This document shows, in pieces, positions 62,870 through 64,000 of a DNA stretch of 64,000 nucleotides. Source of the DNA: Chiloscyllium plagiosum (taxonomy: Eukaryota); the NCBI RefSeq assembly GCF_004010195.1, contig NC_057755.1, forward strand, positions 11,125,928 through 11,189,927, in the 5' to 3' direction. The notes under the pieces were generated by a model. That model was not told the origin of the DNA. It was given only the letters and a program-made list of their open reading frames with translations, and searched no databases. The position numbers and the translations under genes were made by a program. Within the stretch, counting starts at the first letter, position 1, and every line of letters begins with the position of its first letter.

Positions 62870-64000
62870 TGTTAATATAGGAATAGGAGGATAGAGCAGA
62901 TGAATGTATGGTTGAGGAGCTGGTGCAGAGGAGAAGGGTCCACGCTTTTGGATCATTGGAATCTCTTCTGGGGTAGAAGTGACCAGTATAAAAAGGATGG
63001 ATTGCACCTTAATTGGAGGGGGACTAATGTACTGACAGGGAGATTTGCTGGAGCTGCTCAGGAGGATTTAAACTCATTAGGTTGGGGGAGCCCTGGGAGG
63101 TAGTGAGGAAAGAGATCAATCTGAGTCTGTATGGTTGAGAAAAGGAGCAAGTCAAGCAGTCTCAAATACTCTTACCTCTCCCTCGTTACCCTTTTATCCT
63201 TAATGTATTTATAGAATCCCTTTGGATTCTCCTATTTGTCAAAGCTACCTCATGTCCACTTTTTGCCCTCCTGATTTCCCCCTTAAGTATACTCCGACTG
63301 TGTTTATACACTTCTAAGGCTTCAGTCGATGTCTGGTGCCTATACCTGACATTTGCTTCCTCCGTGTTCTCATTGAAAACCTCAATTTATCCAGTTATCC
63401 AATGTTTCCTCCACCAACCAGCCTTGCCTTTCACCCTAACAGGAATATATTGTCTGTGAACTCTTGTTTTCTCATTTTGAAGGCTTCCCATTCTCCAGCT
63501 GTCCCTTTATCTCTGAGCATCCGGTCCCAATCAACTTTTGAAAGTTCTTGTTTAATACCGTCAAACTTAACATTCCTTCAATGTAGAACTTTAAATTTAG
63601 ATCCGGTCTATCCTTTTCCATCATTATTTAAAACAAAAAATAGACGTATGGTCTCTGGCCCCAAAGTGCTCCCCCACTGACACCTCAGCCATTTATTCTG
63701 CCTTATTTCCCACAAATAGGTCAAGTTTTTGCACCTTCTCTTGTAGGAACAAACACAAACTGACTCTAAAAAACTTCCTGGTACACACCTGACAAATTCC
63801 TCTCCATTTAAACCCTTAACACAATGGCAGTCCCAGTCTATGTTTGGAAAGTTAAAATCCCCTACCATAGCCACCTTATTATTCTTAAAGATAATGAGAT
63901 CCCCTTAAAACATTGTTTCTCAATTTCCTGTTGGCTATTGGGAGGTATATATTATAATCCCAAAGAGATGATCATCCCTTTCTTATTTCTCATATGTAAA
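62870..64000. mobile_element. CR1 fragments: ORF1 end (+, 62870-63160) and endonuclease region (-, 63165-64000)
   Basis: YKKDGLHLNWRGTNVL; MVGDFNFPNIDWD. Confidence 0.85.

Overview
Vertebrate, not prokaryotic, DNA. HE1-type SINEs, HER1/CR1 LINEs and a 33-bp GTACTGAGGGAGTG minisatellite point to an elasmobranch (shark) genome; this is an inference. The window is dominated by decayed, nested retroelements: CR1, an L1-Tx1 element, Gmr1-like (integrase-before-RT) Gypsy LTR elements, Penelope-like elements (PLEs), Rex/Babar, L2-group elements, SINEs and minisatellites. One host gene is clear: a three-exon type-1 cystatin (stefin/cystatin-B-like, 102 aa) on the minus strand at 17705-13205, with a TATA box, canonical splice sites, the QxVxG loop and a polyA signal. 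A CpG-island/GC-box promoter lies at the left edge. The most interesting extras are: (i) about a dozen PLE-derived short or hairpin insertions from several families with minimal hammerhead-ribozyme cores, at least one apparently intact; (ii) a chain of phase-compatible exon-like segments on the minus strand (about 62.8-41.7 kb) that may be an unrecognised gene; (iii) a CxxC motif created across the stefin exon 1/2 junction; (iv) evidence of local duplication, namely a duplicated LTR-element block with an empty insertion site and a relic copy of cystatin intron 1. Repeat family names come from motif recognition by eye, not database searches, and repeat boundaries are approximate.
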